Shown here piece by piece: positions 39,226-52,539 of a DNA stretch of 64,000 nucleotides (position 1 is its first letter; every line of letters begins with the position of its first letter). Source of the DNA: an uncultured Planctomycetota bacterium (GTDB lineage Bacteria; Planctomycetota; Planctomycetia; Isosphaerales; Isosphaeraceae); NCBI GenBank assembly GCA_963823665.1, contig CAWGMQ010000010.1:2432001-2496000 (forward strand), in the 5' to 3' direction. The notes beneath the pieces were generated by a model that saw nothing but the letters and a program-made list of their open reading frames with translations, did no database searches and had not been told where the DNA came from. Position numbers and translations under genes: made by a program.

Positions 39226-39588
39226 ATGCGCACAATCCTTGTGGTAGATGATGACGCCGATACGTGCCGCAACATGGTGGATTTGTTCGAAGACCTGGGC
39301 TACGGAATCGAGTCCGCGGAGGGCGCCCACACGGCCCTGAATAAGGCTCAACAACAGCCGTACGACCTGGGCCTGCTGGACCTGCGGATGCCAGGCATGG
39401 ATGGCCTGACCCTGTGCCGTCACCTCAAGCGGTTGCAGCCGCCCATGGTGACGATGATCGTCACAGCTTACGGCGGCAGCGACCTGGACGAGGAAGCACG
39501 AGCGGCAGGTGCTTGCCACGTGCTTCTCAAGCCTGTAGATTTTCCTGAGTTGATCGCCCTGGTCGAGAGGGCACTGCTAGGCCCGTGA
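39226..39588 (+). CDS. Single-domain response regulator
   Basis: VVDDD..LDLRMPG..TAY..KPVD. Confidence 0.88.
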   Translation: MRTILVVDDDADTCRNMVDLFEDLGYGIESAEGAHTALNKAQQQPYDLGLLDLRMPGMDGLTLCRHLKRLQPPMVTMIVTAYGGSDLDEEARAAGACHVLLKPVDFPELIALVERALLGP

Positions 39589-39603
39589 GCCCGAGTTACA
39601 CCT

Positions 39604-41184
39604 ATGGCTGATCCACTCCGAGTCGTGATCCTCAAGCCGAGCAAGTATCTGGCGGACGGCTACGTGGAGCGATTTCGCCGGGGATTCATGCCGAACAGCA
39701 CGGTGCCCTACGTGCGGAGCATGACGCCGGCCAAGCTGGGCGACACGCAAGTGGAGCTTCACACGATCGATGAATACGTCCATACCGACCTGGAATGCCT
39801 GTCCCTCCTCAGGCGGGCGAGGGGCGGCCGGACGCTGCTGGCGCTGGTGGGGGTGCAGAGCCACCAGTTCCATCGCGCGCTGGACCTCGCGGCGTACGCG
39901 TGGCGCGACGGGTGCATGGCGGTCATCGGCGGCCCCCACGTGATGACCTGCGACACCTCGATGCTGCACGGACGCGGGGTGAGCTTCGCGCTGGCCGAGG
40001 CAGAGCTCGTCTGGCGAGAGATCCTGGAAGACGCCGCCGGCGGAGAGTTGCGGCCGGTCTATGGCGCGGACGGGCGCTGGCAGCAGGAGCTGGAAGCGCC
40101 GGTCGTTGTGCCCCCCGGCCGCAGGGATCTGGGCCGATACGTCATCCCGATGCTGGGGCTGTATCCCGCCCGCGGGTGCCCGTTCACGTGCAACTTCTGC
40201 TCGGTGATCAAGATCGCTGGCCGGCGGATCCGCAGCCAGAGCATCGAAACCACCCTCGCAAGTCTCCGCGCCGCCAAGGCCGCCGGAGTGAAGAGCGTTA
40301 TGTTCACCTCTGATAATTTCAACAAGTACTCCGAAGCCCCCGTGTTGCTGGAAGCCATGGCCGACGAGCGGTTCGGGCTCAGCTTCTTCGTGCAGTGCGA
40401 CACGCAGATCGCCAGGCAGGAGCAGTTGGTCGCGCTCCTGGCCAGGGCGGGCTGCTCCCAGATGTTCGTGGGCGTCGAGTCCTTCAGCCGCCAGACGCTG
40501 CTGGCGGCCAAAAAGGGACAAAACCGCCCGGAGACGTATCGCGAGATCGTACGGCTATGCCGCGAGCATGGTATCAGCTCACACTTCTCGAACATCATCG
40601 GCTTCCCGCAAGACACGGAGCAGGATGTAAATCGGCACCTCGAGATGCTGCGCGAGCTGGGCCCGACGTTCGCTTCCTTCTACATCCTCTGCCCGATCCC
40701 GGGCACCGAGCAGTACGACGAGTTCATGGCCGAAGGCCTCGTTACGGAGCACAACCTCGACCGGTTCGACACGACCTGCCTGACCTGGCGCCACCCCACC
40801 CTCTCCCGCGAGCAACTGGCCGCCTTGCTGTTCCGCTGTTATCGCAAATTCTTCTCCACGGGCCACGCAGTGCGCAACTTGATGCACGAGAGCTGGCAGA
40901 AGAGCGGTCTGCTGGCAGGCTCGGCGGGAATCACGGCCATGTCGCTTTTCAATCGGTATTGCGCGTGGCGGCGCACCCATCCCATGTCCGGCGGGGTCAT
41001 GCGGGTGTGGCGTGACCGCATGGATGACTACCTCGCGCTGCGCAAGGAAGTATTTGGCATCGAGCTGGCTCCGCTGCCGCGCAGCCTGCAATTGTCGGCG
41101 GCGGACAGCTTGCTAAACCGGGTCATCGTTCCGCATGCGCGGGCGAGTTTGCCACTCGCCACCACTCCCAGAACCCATCAGTGA
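39604..41184 (+). CDS. B12-binding-domain radical SAM protein
   Basis: GGPH; RGCPFTCNFC CxxxCxxC; GVES; P.PGT. Confidence 0.85.
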   Translation: MADPLRVVILKPSKYLADGYVERFRRGFMPNSTVPYVRSMTPAKLGDTQVELHTIDEYVHTDLECLSLLRRARGGRTLLALVGVQSHQFHRALDLAAYAWRDGCMAVIGGPHVMTCDTSMLHGRGVSFALAEAELVWREILEDAAGGELRPVYGADGRWQQELEAPVVVPPGRRDLGRYVIPMLGLYPARGCPFTCNFCSVIKIAGRRIRSQSIETTLASLRAAKAAGVKSVMFTSDNFNKYSEAPVLLEAMADERFGLSFFVQCDTQIARQEQLVALLARAGCSQMFVGVESFSRQTLLAAKKGQNRPETYREIVRLCREHGISSHFSNIIGFPQDTEQDVNRHLEMLRELGPTFASFYILCPIPGTEQYDEFMAEGLVTEHNLDRFDTTCLTWRHPTLSREQLAALLFRCYRKFFSTGHAVRNLMHESWQKSGLLAGSAGITAMSLFNRYCAWRRTHPMSGGVMRVWRDRMDDYLALRKEVFGIELAPLPRSLQLSAADSLLNRVIVPHARASLPLATTPRTHQ

Positions 41185-41229
41185 TCCAGTCGTCACAAGA
41201 CAATTAGAAATCGAAGGAGGTAATCGATC

Positions 41230-41391
41230 ATGCCTCGTTATACCCTTGAAACGATCGTCATCATTCTCATCATTCTCTGGCTGCTGGGCTGGCTGGCGTT
41301 TCCGATCGGCGGGAGCCTGATCCACCTGCTCCTGGTCGTGATCTTGGTCGTCATCGTGATCAGGCTCCTCCAAGGGCGAAGCGCCGTCTGA
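41230..41391 (+). CDS. lmo0937-family small membrane protein (not in ORF track)
   Basis: MPRYTLETIVIILIILWLLGWLAFPIGGSLIHLLLVV..RLLQGR; AAGGAGG RBS. Confidence 0.8.
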   Translation: MPRYTLETIVIILIILWLLGWLAFPIGGSLIHLLLVVILVVIVIRLLQGRSAV

Positions 41392-41485
41392 CCCTCGAGA
41401 CGAACTCGAGGCGGAAGGCGCTCCACCGGCGGACACCTGAGACCGTCGGCTTTTCTTCAAGCTGCGATTCTGCACCGATCGTTCG

Positions 41486-43300
41486 CTACGCGGGTGGTTT
41501 GTCTTGCGAGAAAACCAACACGCTGTACGGTCCGATGCGGATCGTTCCGGAAGCGGGAAAGCCGTCGCGTTCTTCGGTTCCGGCGATCACATCGGAGCTC
41601 GCCTCGTTTCCAAAGCCGCGGCTGTAACCGTTCCAGTCGCTGTTCAGCCGTAAGCGCCACATCCCCGGCGACGGAAACCCCAGCGTGTAGTTCTCGTGAG
41701 CAAGATGGGAGAGATTCACCACGACCACCACGTCATCGCCGGGCCCGCCTTGGTGCCACCGATGGTAGGCGATGACGTTATCAGCCTGATTCTCATGGAA
41801 CGTGTTCAGCCCGGATCCCGTAAGTCCTCGCGTCGAGCCGAACCGGTTGAGGCGAAGGTGAATCAGGTCCCGATACATCCGAACCAGTCCGCTGAACTCC
41901 TCCGACTTGTGCCAGTCGAGCGGAACCGAATCCTGGAACCAGCCGTCTTCGAGGAACTCCTGTCCCTGAAACAGCATCGGAATGCCCGGCGCCGTGAGCA
42001 CCAGGGCCGCAGCCAGGGTCGTGCGCTTCTGCGCAAACCAACTGTCAGGATTATGAGGATCGATTTCCGAAGCGACGCGGGATTTCCCATTCGCGACTTC
42101 GTCGTGCGACTCGCTGTAGATGACGCGCTGGAACGGGTCGCCGTTGTAGCGGCCCTCGAGCGCCCGACGAACACTGTCGAGCGATCGGTTCTCGTCGCTG
42201 GACGTGGTGACGGCAGCCCGCACCGGATGCACAAAGCGAGCGGCCCATTGAGCCGTGAAACCCGCTCCGCCCTGGTCCACCGGCTTCGTCAGCCGATCGT
42301 CGTTCTGTAAATCCTCTGCGATGGTGATGCGTTCCAGAGATCGCTGCCGCGCTTCGCGGTTGATCCACTGCACAAGGCTCCAGCCGTCCGCCAGGTCGCC
42401 GCCCGGATCGCCGTTACCCCGCACGTTGCGCATGAACAGCGTCATGTCGAAACGCAGGCCATCGACGTGATACTCCTCCAGCCACATCAGTGCGTTGTCG
42501 CGGATGAACTGGCGCACTTCCTTGCGGCCGTAATCGGGGCGAGTCGAGCCCCAGGGGGTCTCGGCATGCCAGTCGTTGTAGAAGTAGATGCCGCCCAGGC
42601 CGTTCTCGCTCCAGCCGTCGAACTGCCATAAATCCAGGTCACTGGGACCGAAGTGGTTGTAGACGACGTCCAGGATCACCCCCAGCCCGGCCTGATGCAC
42701 CGACTTGACAAACCGCTTGAAGCCGTTCGCACCGCCGTAATTGCTTTCCACAGCGAAAACGCAAGAGGGGTTGTATCCCCACGACAACTCGCCGGCGAAC
42801 TGGGCCAACGGCATCACCTCGATGACGTTCACGCCCAACCGCTGCAAATGGCCGAGTTTCTGGACGGCTTCTGCAAATTTGTCCGACTTTCCATCCTTCT
42901 TGTCGTGAAAAGTTCCCAGATGCATCTCGTAAATCACCAGCTCGTTGATCGCCGGGAGGTGGAAATCGTCGCCTTCCCAGTCAAAGCGCGGGTCGTAGAC
43001 CACGGCGTTGCCCACCGAACTGGTGACCTGCCGCGCGTAGGGATCGATGCGCATCAGTGCCTTGTCGCCGGTCACGATGCGGAAACGATATTCGTTGCCG
43101 ATGGCGGCGGTGGCGATGTCTGCGTACCAGTATCCATCCCCCTCCTTCGCCATGGAGTGCGCCTCAGGCGACCAATCGTTGAACGAGCCGGTCACGTACA
43201 CCGCATTGGCGTGGGGGGCCCACAAACGAAACGCCACGCCTGATTCGTGCGGAAGCGCCCCCATCCCGCCGCGCACTTTTCCAGGTAGAATTGTTGACAA
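41486..43300 (-). CDS. GH13 CBM48 alpha-amylase family (branching enzyme/TreZ-like)
   Basis: FRLWAPHA, WGYNP, DVVYNH, GLRFD, IAED, ESHD. Confidence 0.88.
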   Translation of the reverse strand: MSTILPGKVRGGMGALPHESGVAFRLWAPHANAVYVTGSFNDWSPEAHSMAKEGDGYWYADIATAAIGNEYRFRIVTGDKALMRIDPYARQVTSSVGNAVVYDPRFDWEGDDFHLPAINELVIYEMHLGTFHDKKDGKSDKFAEAVQKLGHLQRLGVNVIEVMPLAQFAGELSWGYNPSCVFAVESNYGGANGFKRFVKSVHQAGLGVILDVVYNHFGPSDLDLWQFDGWSENGLGGIYFYNDWHAETPWGSTRPDYGRKEVRQFIRDNALMWLEEYHVDGLRFDMTLFMRNVRGNGDPGGDLADGWSLVQWINREARQRSLERITIAEDLQNDDRLTKPVDQGGAGFTAQWAARFVHPVRAAVTTSSDENRSLDSVRRALEGRYNGDPFQRVIYSESHDEVANGKSRVASEIDPHNPDSWFAQKRTTLAAALVLTAPGIPMLFQGQEFLEDGWFQDSVPLDWHKSEEFSGLVRMYRDLIHLRLNRFGSTRGLTGSGLNTFHENQADNVIAYHRWHQGGPGDDVVVVVNLSHLAHENYTLGFPSPGMWRLRLNSDWNGYSRGFGNEASSDVIAGTEERDGFPASGTIRIGPYSVLVFSQDKPPA

Positions 43301-43476
43301 TGGCGTGCTCCTTGACTCTCGAGTCGAGGCTGCCTTCTCCCGCTGCCGCGATCGGCAGGAATGCCCCAGCGAGAAGCACGAGGCGTTCGCGCGATCACGT
43401 CCGGCGGAATGTATCGAGTTTACGCTAGCCACCGCTAAATTCGAAGACACCCAACCAACCCAGAGGAGCTTCAATC

Positions 43477-43635
43477 GTGAACAAGTTGGTCCTGATCCTG
43501 CTTGCCATATTCCTGCCGCCGGTCGCCGTAGCTGTGAAGCGGGGCGTCGGCAAGGATCTGCTCATCAACATCCTGCTCTGCTTGTTGGTGTTCTTCCCGG
43601 GAATGGTTCATGCCTTGTGGATTGTATCAAAGTAG
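43477..43635 (+). CDS. YqaE/Pmp3 family membrane protein (not in ORF track)
   Basis: ILLAIFLPPVAV..INILL..PG.VHALW; GAGGAG RBS. Confidence 0.88.
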   Translation: MNKLVLILLAIFLPPVAVAVKRGVGKDLLINILLCLLVFFPGMVHALWIVSK

Positions 43636-43721
43636 ATGCGCCCTTGAGTCTGAGGTGGCCGCCTCGCCGCAAACTCCGCACATCGATCGGGTTGTCCCAC
43701 GGAATGGCCGCCGCGACTGGG

Positions 43722-46700
43722 CTACCCCACTTCAACTTCGGCGAAGTGTTCGCGGCGATCGTCTGCCAGCCGGATTGTCTTGTCAGCCTGATCGACACCG
43801 TCCACGACCACACGTGTCACAGTGCCCCCCGGCTTGGTTTGCGTGACCGTGATGTGGTGAACGGTCTCTCGATAGCGGTAGTGGACCTTGTATGAAGGCC
43901 AAAGGGCGGGAAGGCATGGCGCAAATCGCAGCTTGTCGACGTCAAGCCGCACGCCCAAGAGGGACTCGACGATCAGACGGTACATCCAGCCCGCGGAACC
44001 CGTATACCACGTCCAGCCGCCCCGCCCGGTGTTTGGCTCGATTGCATAAACATCGGCGGCGACGACATAAGGCTCGACACGATAGGTTGCGATCCCTTCG
44101 GAGGTCGCGCCGTGACGCGCCGGGTTGATCAGTGAGAAGAGCTCCCAGGCGCGTCGATGGTCGCAGAGCCTGGCGAAGGCCATGACCGCCCAGACAGCCG
44201 CGTGGGTGTACTGACCGCCGTTCTCCCGCACTCCAGGAAGGTACCCCTTGATGTAGCCCGGGTTCAACGGGGATTTGTCGAACGGCGGGTCGAAGAGCTG
44301 AATCAGGCCGTCGTTCTTGCGGACAAGCCGGCCCTCCACCGCGTCCATCGCGGTGCGCGACCGCTCCTGGTCGCCGGCGCCGGAGAGGACGGACCAGCTC
44401 TGCGGGATCGAATCGATCTGGCATTCCGCGTTGGACGCCGACCCCAGCGGCGTGCCATCGTCGAAGTATGCCCGGCGATACCACTGGCCGTCCCAGGCGT
44501 TCGCCTCGATCGAGACGCGCAGCCGCTCCGCCTCGAGGACGCAGCGGTCCGCGAACGCCGCGTCGCCGCGACCGCGGGCGATATTCGCGAACTCCTTAAG
44601 AACGTCGAACAGGAAGAATGCCAGCCAGACGCTCTCGCCCTGGCCGTGCGGGCCGACGAGATTCATGCCGTCGTTCCAATCACCGCAGCCGATGAGCGGC
44701 AGGCCATGCTTGCCGAACTTCAGTCCGTTCGTGATCGACCGTACGCAGTGGTCATATAACGTGGCGGTCTCGTCGGAGCGAGAGGGAAGGTCGTAATACG
44801 CTTCCTCGTCCGGCTTCACCGGGCGCCCGGAAAGGAACGGGGTGCGCTCGTCGAGAACGCCGGTATCGCCGGTGCTCAGGACGTAGCGGCAGGTCGCCAG
44901 CGGCAGCCACAAGAAGTCGTCGGAGAAGTGCGTGCGCACGCCGCGTCCCGCTGGCGGGTGCCACCAGTGCTGCACGTCGCCCTCGCGGAACTGGTGGGAC
45001 GCGCATCGCAGGAGATGTTCCCGCAGCAGCCGCGGCTCGGCGTGCAGGAGCGCCATCACGTCCTGGAGCTGGTCCCGGAACCCGAAGGCCCCGCCCGACT
45101 GGTAATAGCCGCTCCGGCCCCAGACGCGGCAAGCCAGGGTCTGGTATAAAAGCCAGCCGTTGGCCAAGAAGTTCACCGAGGCGTCGGGCGTGTCAACGTT
45201 GATCGCACCCAGGGTGTGGTTCCAGTACTGCCATACCGACTCGAGCGCTCGCCGCGCCGGCATTGATCCCCGAAATCGCTGGATGAGGGTGCGGGCGTCG
45301 TCGGCGTCGCGACCGATCCCGAGAATGAAACAAATTTCGTGCTCCTCACCCGCTGCCAGGTCGAACGGGACCTGCATCGCAGCGCACGGGTCGAGTGCGG
45401 CGCCGACACGCCCGGAAAGACGGTCCCGTGTCATGGCGGCGGGGCTCGCGGTGGTGCCGTTCCGGCCCAGAAACTCGGTCCGGTCACCGGTTACGCTCCG
45501 TGTGGCATCGTTCGCAGCCAGGAAGGCGACGCGGCCGGCGAAGTCCGTGGCGCCCGGGTTGCGAGCGAAGACGGCGCCCGTCCTGGGGTCGACCTCAGTC
45601 GTCACATACATGAGCGATCTCGGGCGAAGATCTCCCAGCACCCACTCGCAGTAAGCGGTTGCGGAGAGACGCCGCGATCGCCCCGAGGAGTTGCGGAGCT
45701 TGAGCACCGCGAACTTCACCGGCGCGTCCGTGGCCACGTAAACGCATAGTTCTGTAGTGATGCCATTCTCGGCATGCTCGAAGACGCTGTAGCCGAAACC
45801 GTGCCGGCTGACGTACGCTGTGTCCCCGCGCACAGGAAGAGGGGTAGGGGACCAGAACCGGCCCGAGTCTTCGTCGCGAATGTACAGGGCCTCGCCGCTT
45901 GTGTCGCTCACCGGGTCGTTATACCAGGGCGTCAGACGAAACTCGTGGGCATTCTCGCTCCAGGTGTATGCCCCTCCGCTCTCCGATACAACCGTGCCGA
46001 AGTAGGGATTTGCCAGCACATTGACCCACGGCGCGGGCGTTGCTTTCCCCGCGCCAGTTGTGATCACATATTCATGCCCATCGCGCGTAAAGCCCCCGAG
46101 CCCGTTGAAGAACAGCAAGTCGCGCTGCACCCAAGGCGGCGTGGCAACGCTCTCGGCGCGGTTGTTACGTGGCTGCAGCTTCCGCGGCGCACGCGGCTCC
46201 AGTCGACCGCCGCGCTCGAGCTGGTCGGCGAGTGTGCCTCCCTTGTCATCGACGATGACACGGGCGACGGTTTGCAACAGGGTCCGATCCTCTTCCGACA
46301 TTTGATCCGGGCGGCGCACGAAGACGCCGCCCAGCCGGTCGACGACCTGGGCCTCGGATCCGGCGGCGATCAGGCCCATGATCTGGTCCTGAAGGTTCTG
46401 GCGATATCCCGACCGGTCCTCGTTCCAGATCACCAGATCGACCATGAGCCCCTTGATCCGCCAGTAGGCGTGGGCCTGGACGAGCTGGCGGACGAGCGCG
46501 ATGTTTTCCTGGTCGTCGATCCGCAGCAGAACGATCGGCAGGTCGCCGGAGATCCCTTGGCCCCACAGGCCGGATTGCCCCCGGCTGTTCTTCATCAACA
46601 GGCTCGGGCTTGCCCGATGCGCGGGGTTGGCGTAGAGGATCGCGCTTTCGAGCCGCCCGAAGAGCTGTGCGTCGGCCTCGGTGGCGTTGAGCTGACGCAG

Positions 46701-49700
46701 GATCACCTGGCCGTGAGACCACGCCAGGTCGAATACACGGTCGGCCAGGCTCTTGTCGCGATACTTTTCGATCAGCACGAACACGTCCTCGCGAGTCCTG
46801 GCAACGCCGGTGACGAGGTCGATCCGCGCCGGCTCATCCGCATCGATGATGATCGACTGTCGGATCGCGACGATCGGGTCCAGGACCGCCCCCTCGCTAT
46901 CGGAAAGCGCGGAGCGACCCTCGAGCGCGAGGGGGTCCTCGACCGTACGGCCGCGTCCCAGGAATCTCAGACGATCGGTCTCGTAGCACATCTCGCTCTG
47001 CACCGTCCCGTGCACCACCATGAGGTGGAATAAGAGTGGCGTCTCGTCTTCCGCCGACCGGGGCCGCCTTGTGCACAGGATCGCCTGCCGGCTGCGCAGG
47101 ATTTCGGTCTGGACGAACAGCTTGCTGAAAGCCGGGTGCGCCGCGTCCGCCGCCGCGGGGCCGAGAACGACTTCCGCGTAACTCGTGATCTCGATCGTCC
47201 GAGGCTCACGTGAGCGGTTAGTGACCGTGATGCGGCGCAGCTCGATGTCGTCCTCGGGCGAGACGGCAATCTCGGTGTGTGTATCGAAGTCGCCGTCGCT
47301 GCGGCGAAACTCGGCCCGTGATTGCGAGAAAATCGCCTCGTAACTCTTCGCGCCGGAGCGTTGGCTGGTAAGAGGTGGACCATACAAGGCCGGTCGACAC
47401 CTCGCGGAGATAACAAAACAAGCCGGAATTGTCCTTGGTTGCATCCTCGCGCCAGCGCGTGACCGCAAGGCCTTTCCAGTGGCTGTAGCCCCCGCCCGCG
47501 TCGGTAACCATCACCGTGTACCTGCCGTTGGACAGGAGCTGCACTTCCGGCGTCGGCGTGTTTGCACCCTTGTAGACCCGCAGCAGTCCCTCGTCACCCC
47601 TCCCGGTCCGCTGTCCAACCGACTTCTCGACCGCGTGCCGATCGAATGGGTTCGCGACCGGAATGCGCTCCTGAAGAAGCAGCTCCGTCGCCTGGACCGA
47701 GGGATCCGACCCGAACCGCCGCTGCATCGGCCGATCCCGCAGAAGATAAGCCAGCGACAGAAAACTCATCCCCTGGTGGTGCGCCATGAACGACCGAATG
47801 ACCGCGCTCGACTGCCCTCGCGGCAGCCTCGACGCAGTGTAGTCGATGGCCTCGTAGAACCCATAGCGTCCCTGGAACCCGGCCCCGGCCAGCCGCCGCA
47901 GGTTGGCGTATGCCATCTCAGGCGCCACCATGAGCGCCATCACCGTCGCATAAGGCGCGATGACCAGGTCGTCGGCCAGGCCGCGCTTCAGCCCCAGACC
48001 CGGCACACCGAACGCGCGGTACTGATAGTTGAGATGGACGTCCGTCGTGTTGTAGCCCGACTCCGAGATGCCCCAGGGCACGCCTCGCCTCGCCCCGTAT
48101 TCGGCCTGACGGGCGACGACCGCCCGGCACGTCTGGTCGAGCAGAGTGCCCTCGTAGGTCGGCATCACAAGCTGCGGCATCAGGTACTCGAACATCGAGC
48201 CGCTCCACGAAATCAGCGCCGGCCCGGCCCGCGTGCTCGCCAGCAGTCTCCCCAGAGCAAACCAATGGTCCTGGGGCAGGCGGCCCTGCGCAATCCCGAC
48301 GAAACTGGCCAGACGAGCTTCCGAAGCGAGTAAATCATAGAAGCTCGAGTCCAGGCGCCGCTCATCCACATTGTAGCCGATCGCCAGCAGCCGGCGCGAC
48401 CGGTCGTACAGGAACTGCAGATTCAGATCCGCCAGTTCGCCGCAGCGGAGCGAGAGCCTGACGATGGCGGTGATCCTCTCGGCCGCCCGCGCGCTGGCTC
48501 CGGTGATTGCCTCCCTGAGCTGCGCGCAGGATCGCCCTCGCCCCGCCCAGGTTCGGCCCCCTCAAGCGCCAGACCCAGACGCGCCACCTCGCGCAGGGTC
48601 GGGATCTTTTCCAGGCCCAGCCGCTCGTGAGCCGCCGCACCGCGGCGCACGTCGTCCGGCGGAAGGAGCAGCCATGGGGCGAGCAGGTTGAGAGCCGTGA
48701 GGTGATCGCGACATTGCCGGTCCAGAGCTCGGGCCCACCACGCGACGTCCAGGTTGGATCCGGCGCCTGGGCCGGCGGCCAGCTCAGCCGCCAGCGCCTG
48801 AAGCGCCGGCAGCCGGTGCAGCGTTTGCCCACCGGAAAGAGGATCGAGCTCGCTCCGCAGCCTCTGGATAAGCGACACCACCTCGGCCGAGGCACGATCG
48901 GAAACGAGCATCGCCACGTCTTTCCCAGCCGCATCGACCAGAGCGCGAAGGGTCGTTCTCAGCCCTTCGATCGCCCGCGGCGGCAAGATCGGGCAGTCCG
49001 GGAGCTCGTCCAGCCCCGCGCAAACACAGGAGGTGGCCCGCGAGGTTCCCACTATCCACCGTCGAGACGTACCGCGGTGGCAACGGCCGGAGCGTCAGCG
49101 TGTCGTACCAGTTGAAGAGGTGACCCTGGAATCGCTCCAGGCCCTCCATCGTCGTGAGCGTCCGCGACGTGCGCTCGACGAGTCCGTCCGCCGAGATGTA
49201 GCCAAAGTCGTACGCCGCCAGGTTCGCCAGCAGCGCAAGCCCCATGTTCGTCGGCGAGGTACGGTGCGCGATCACGGCACGCGGGGACTCTTGAAAGTTG
49301 TCCGGCGTCAGCCAGTGATCTTCAGGCCCGACGAACGTCTCGAAGAACCGCCAGGTCTTGCCGGCCAGGTCGTTCAGAAACTCCGCCTGTTCGTTCGAGA
49401 GCTCTCCCGTCTGCCGGGCTGCTGGCCGGCTGATCCACCATGCGACGAGCGGCGACACGAACCACAGGACGAGCCAGGGCGCGTGCAGCCCCAAGTGCCT
49501 CCGGCCTCGAGAATCCCAGCCCGACGGCGAGCGCGGCCGCGAGCGCCGGCGCCACCGCCATCGCCCGGATCACCTGGACGAGCCCGTCCGTGCCAGAGTT
49601 CCGCGCTGCCTCGCTCGAGGTCGTCCATTCCAGAAGGTGGGTGTGCGTCAGACTCCTGCGCACGATCGTCCGCACCACGGCATCCAGGTTCGAGTAGGCC

Positions 49701-52439
49701 TCGTACGGCAGAAAGATCAGCGAGAGTCCCGTCGGGGCCAGGTCTCGTCCGATCGCGTGCGCCACGGCGCGGAGCTGCCCGCCCATCGCGAGGTCTGCCG
49801 GCCAGCGCACGAGCGCCGTCACCGCGCAAGAGCGTCGGGGCGAGGCTGATCGCTGCCACGACGAGAGTCCAGAACCACGGCGGGTAGAGCGTCGACCAAC
49901 CCGCGAAGAGCACCAGGAGCAAGGCCGGTGCCACCAGGCTGCGCCTGAGGTTGTCGAAGATCTTCCAGCGCGAGAGTGCCGAGATCGGGTTACGCAGTCG
50001 CCGCCCGGACGGCCCAGGTACCCACGGCAGCATCCACGGTGTGATTTGCCAGTCGCCTCGGACCCAGCGATGCCGCCGGCTCACGTCCGCGAGGTAGCGC
50101 TGCGGCGAGCTCTCGTAAAGCTGGACGTCGCTCGCCAGGGCCGTCCGCGCATAGCACCCTTCGAGCAGGTCGTGGCTGAGAATCAAGTTATCGGGAAATT
50201 GATCGCCGGCGACTCGAATGAACGCATCGACGTCGTAAATGCCCTTGCCGATGAAAGACCCTTCGCCGAATGCATCCTGGTACACGTCCGACACGGTTCG
50301 CGAGTACGGGTCCACACCCGACTCACCCCCGAAAAGTCGCAGAAACACCGACCGGCCCCCCACCGGCATGCTCTCCGCCACGCGCGGCTGGAGAATCCCA
50401 TACCCTTCGCGAACGCGCCGCGACCCTTGGTCGAAACGCGCGCGATTCAGCGGGTGCGCGATCGTCCCGACCAGTTGTTGCGCCACATCGCGGGGGAGCT
50501 GCGTGTCCGTGTCAAGCGTGATGACATACCGCATGCCCGGCAAGACGGACGTCTCACCGACAATCAGCGAAAAAGAGTCCCCCGGCTTGCCCCGTAACAG
50601 CGAATTCAGGGCGGCCAGCTTGCCGCGCTTGCGCTCGTAGCCCATCCACACCCGCTCGTGCGAGTCCCACCGCCGCGGACGATGGAAGAGGAAGAACCGG
50701 TCGCCGCGGTCACCCTTGTATTTCTCGTTGAGGACGTCAATCCCCTCCTTTGCCCGCCGCAGGAGTGCCGCGTCCCCCGGCGTCGTCTCCTCTTGTGCGT
50801 CCTGGAAATCCGTCACAAGCGCAAAGTGCACGTGGTCGTCCCGATTGGCCAGGTAGCGCACTTCCAGCCCTTCGAGCAAGTCCGCGACGTTTCGCTCGCT
50901 TACAAGCAAGGTCGGTACCGCAACCAGGGTCCGCATCGCGTCCGGCACGCCTCCGGAGAAATCCAGCTTCGGGAGCGGTTTCGGCACGATCAACATTGTC
51001 ACGAGCCAGTTCACCAGGGTGACGGCGAGCTGGCTCGCACCCAGCACGAGTGGGATCGCGGCCGCCGCCATGGCCCATCGCGCTGACCCAAAGGCTCGCC
51101 CCTGGGCGACGACGCCCGTCGCGATCGCAGCCTCGAGCGCGACGATCGCACCGAGATAGAGCAAGAGCGGGTGCCGGCGGCCGAGCTCTCGAATCCAGGC
51201 GCCCGGCGAAGGGCGGTACTGCGCCGCGCGCTCGAATTGAGGCCGGCCCTTGCCGATCAGGTAGCACCCCACATGTGCCGCCCGGCCATCGCCGTTCGCC
51301 GTGGCGGCGCCTGCACTCGCCAGCGCGAGCGCGACCGCACACTCGGCAACTTCGATCTGCGACAGCGGGCTGCGCCGGGCGACCTCTTCGACCGCGTGCC
51401 GGTACATGTCGCGAGTGGCGAAGTCCATGGCCCCGTAGACGCCGGCCGGATCCTGGCGGAGCACCTGGTCCACGCGGCTCATCGCCTCGACGAACTCACG
51501 CCAGTCAGTCGCGCCCAGAACGCGGAGACTTCCGATGCTGTTGCCGATCGAAACCTGGTCGGCGGCCTGCCGCTGGCCCTCCGCTTGCACGAGCCGTTCG
51601 ATGGTCTGGCCCTCTTCGGAGAGGCGTTGCTCGACCCACGTGAGCGGGAAGGCCAGGGCCGGGCCTTGACCCTGCAAGCGCCGCGCCAGCTCAGCGATGA
51701 ACGCGCTGGACGTCGGCGGTTGCGATCTCGCCATGTCCGCGAGAACCAGGATCAGGTTTCTCGGATCTTGTTCCGCGACCTTGGTCAGCCGGTCTGCCCA
51801 CTGATTCGCGTCGTTGCGGTCGTGCTTGTCGGCGGCGACGCGCGCGGCGATGCGCCTCAGGTTCTCGATGAGCGCCAGGCGAAGCATGATCGGTATCGCC
51901 CACAACTCTCCCAGCGAAAGCGGAAGAGCGCTCTGGTAGGCGGCCACGAAGCGGCGGAGTCCCGCCGCGTCGACGCGTCCATCGGCGTGTGCGATCAGCT
52001 CGAGCACGATGTCATAACAGCGCGGATATCCCGCCCACGGCCCGTTCAGCAGACGAGGCAGCTCGCGGCTGTACGCCTTGGGCAGGTGCCGTCGGGCCAT
52101 TCGAATCTGTTCCTCGATCAGATAGAAGTTGTCGAGGAGCCACTCGCTGGCCGGCGCGATCCGTCGTTTTGCCACGACGGCCGCCGTGATGAGCTTGTAC
52201 GTCTGCACCAGAACGGTTTCGTTTTCCGCGAGCCGCGGCAAGAGCCGGTCCGGCCCTCGCTTCCGATCAACCTGATGCCACCCCGCGACGGCTTTGGCGT
52301 GCAAGTCCAGTTGATCGACGCTCAGGAGCTCCGATCGGAGCGGCTGTTCGTCACTCGACGCCCGCGGCAAAACGCCGTCGCGCGCGCTCTCTCTTGGAAA
52401 GACTGCTTTCGCTCGAAGAATCACCTCGTTCAGTGCCAT
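43722..52439 (-). pseudogene. ndvB: Cyclic beta-1,2-glucan synthase (NdvB/ChvB/Cgs; GT84 plus GH94), split by about five frameshifts
   Basis: WLLDNFY, GYERKRGKL, TLDTDT, SHDLLEG, RWVRGDWQ, SWSGSMFEYLMP, GFRDQLQD, GDWNDGMN, ENGGQYTH in collinear ORF pieces. Confidence 0.88.
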
Positions 52440-52539
52440 TTCAAAGATTGTACCAATGTGCCACGCACGCAGACAGCCGTCCTACCGCCTGCGCTCCATT
52501 CGAGCGCCGCCATCGCCGTCGTTACTCCCTTCAAGCTGG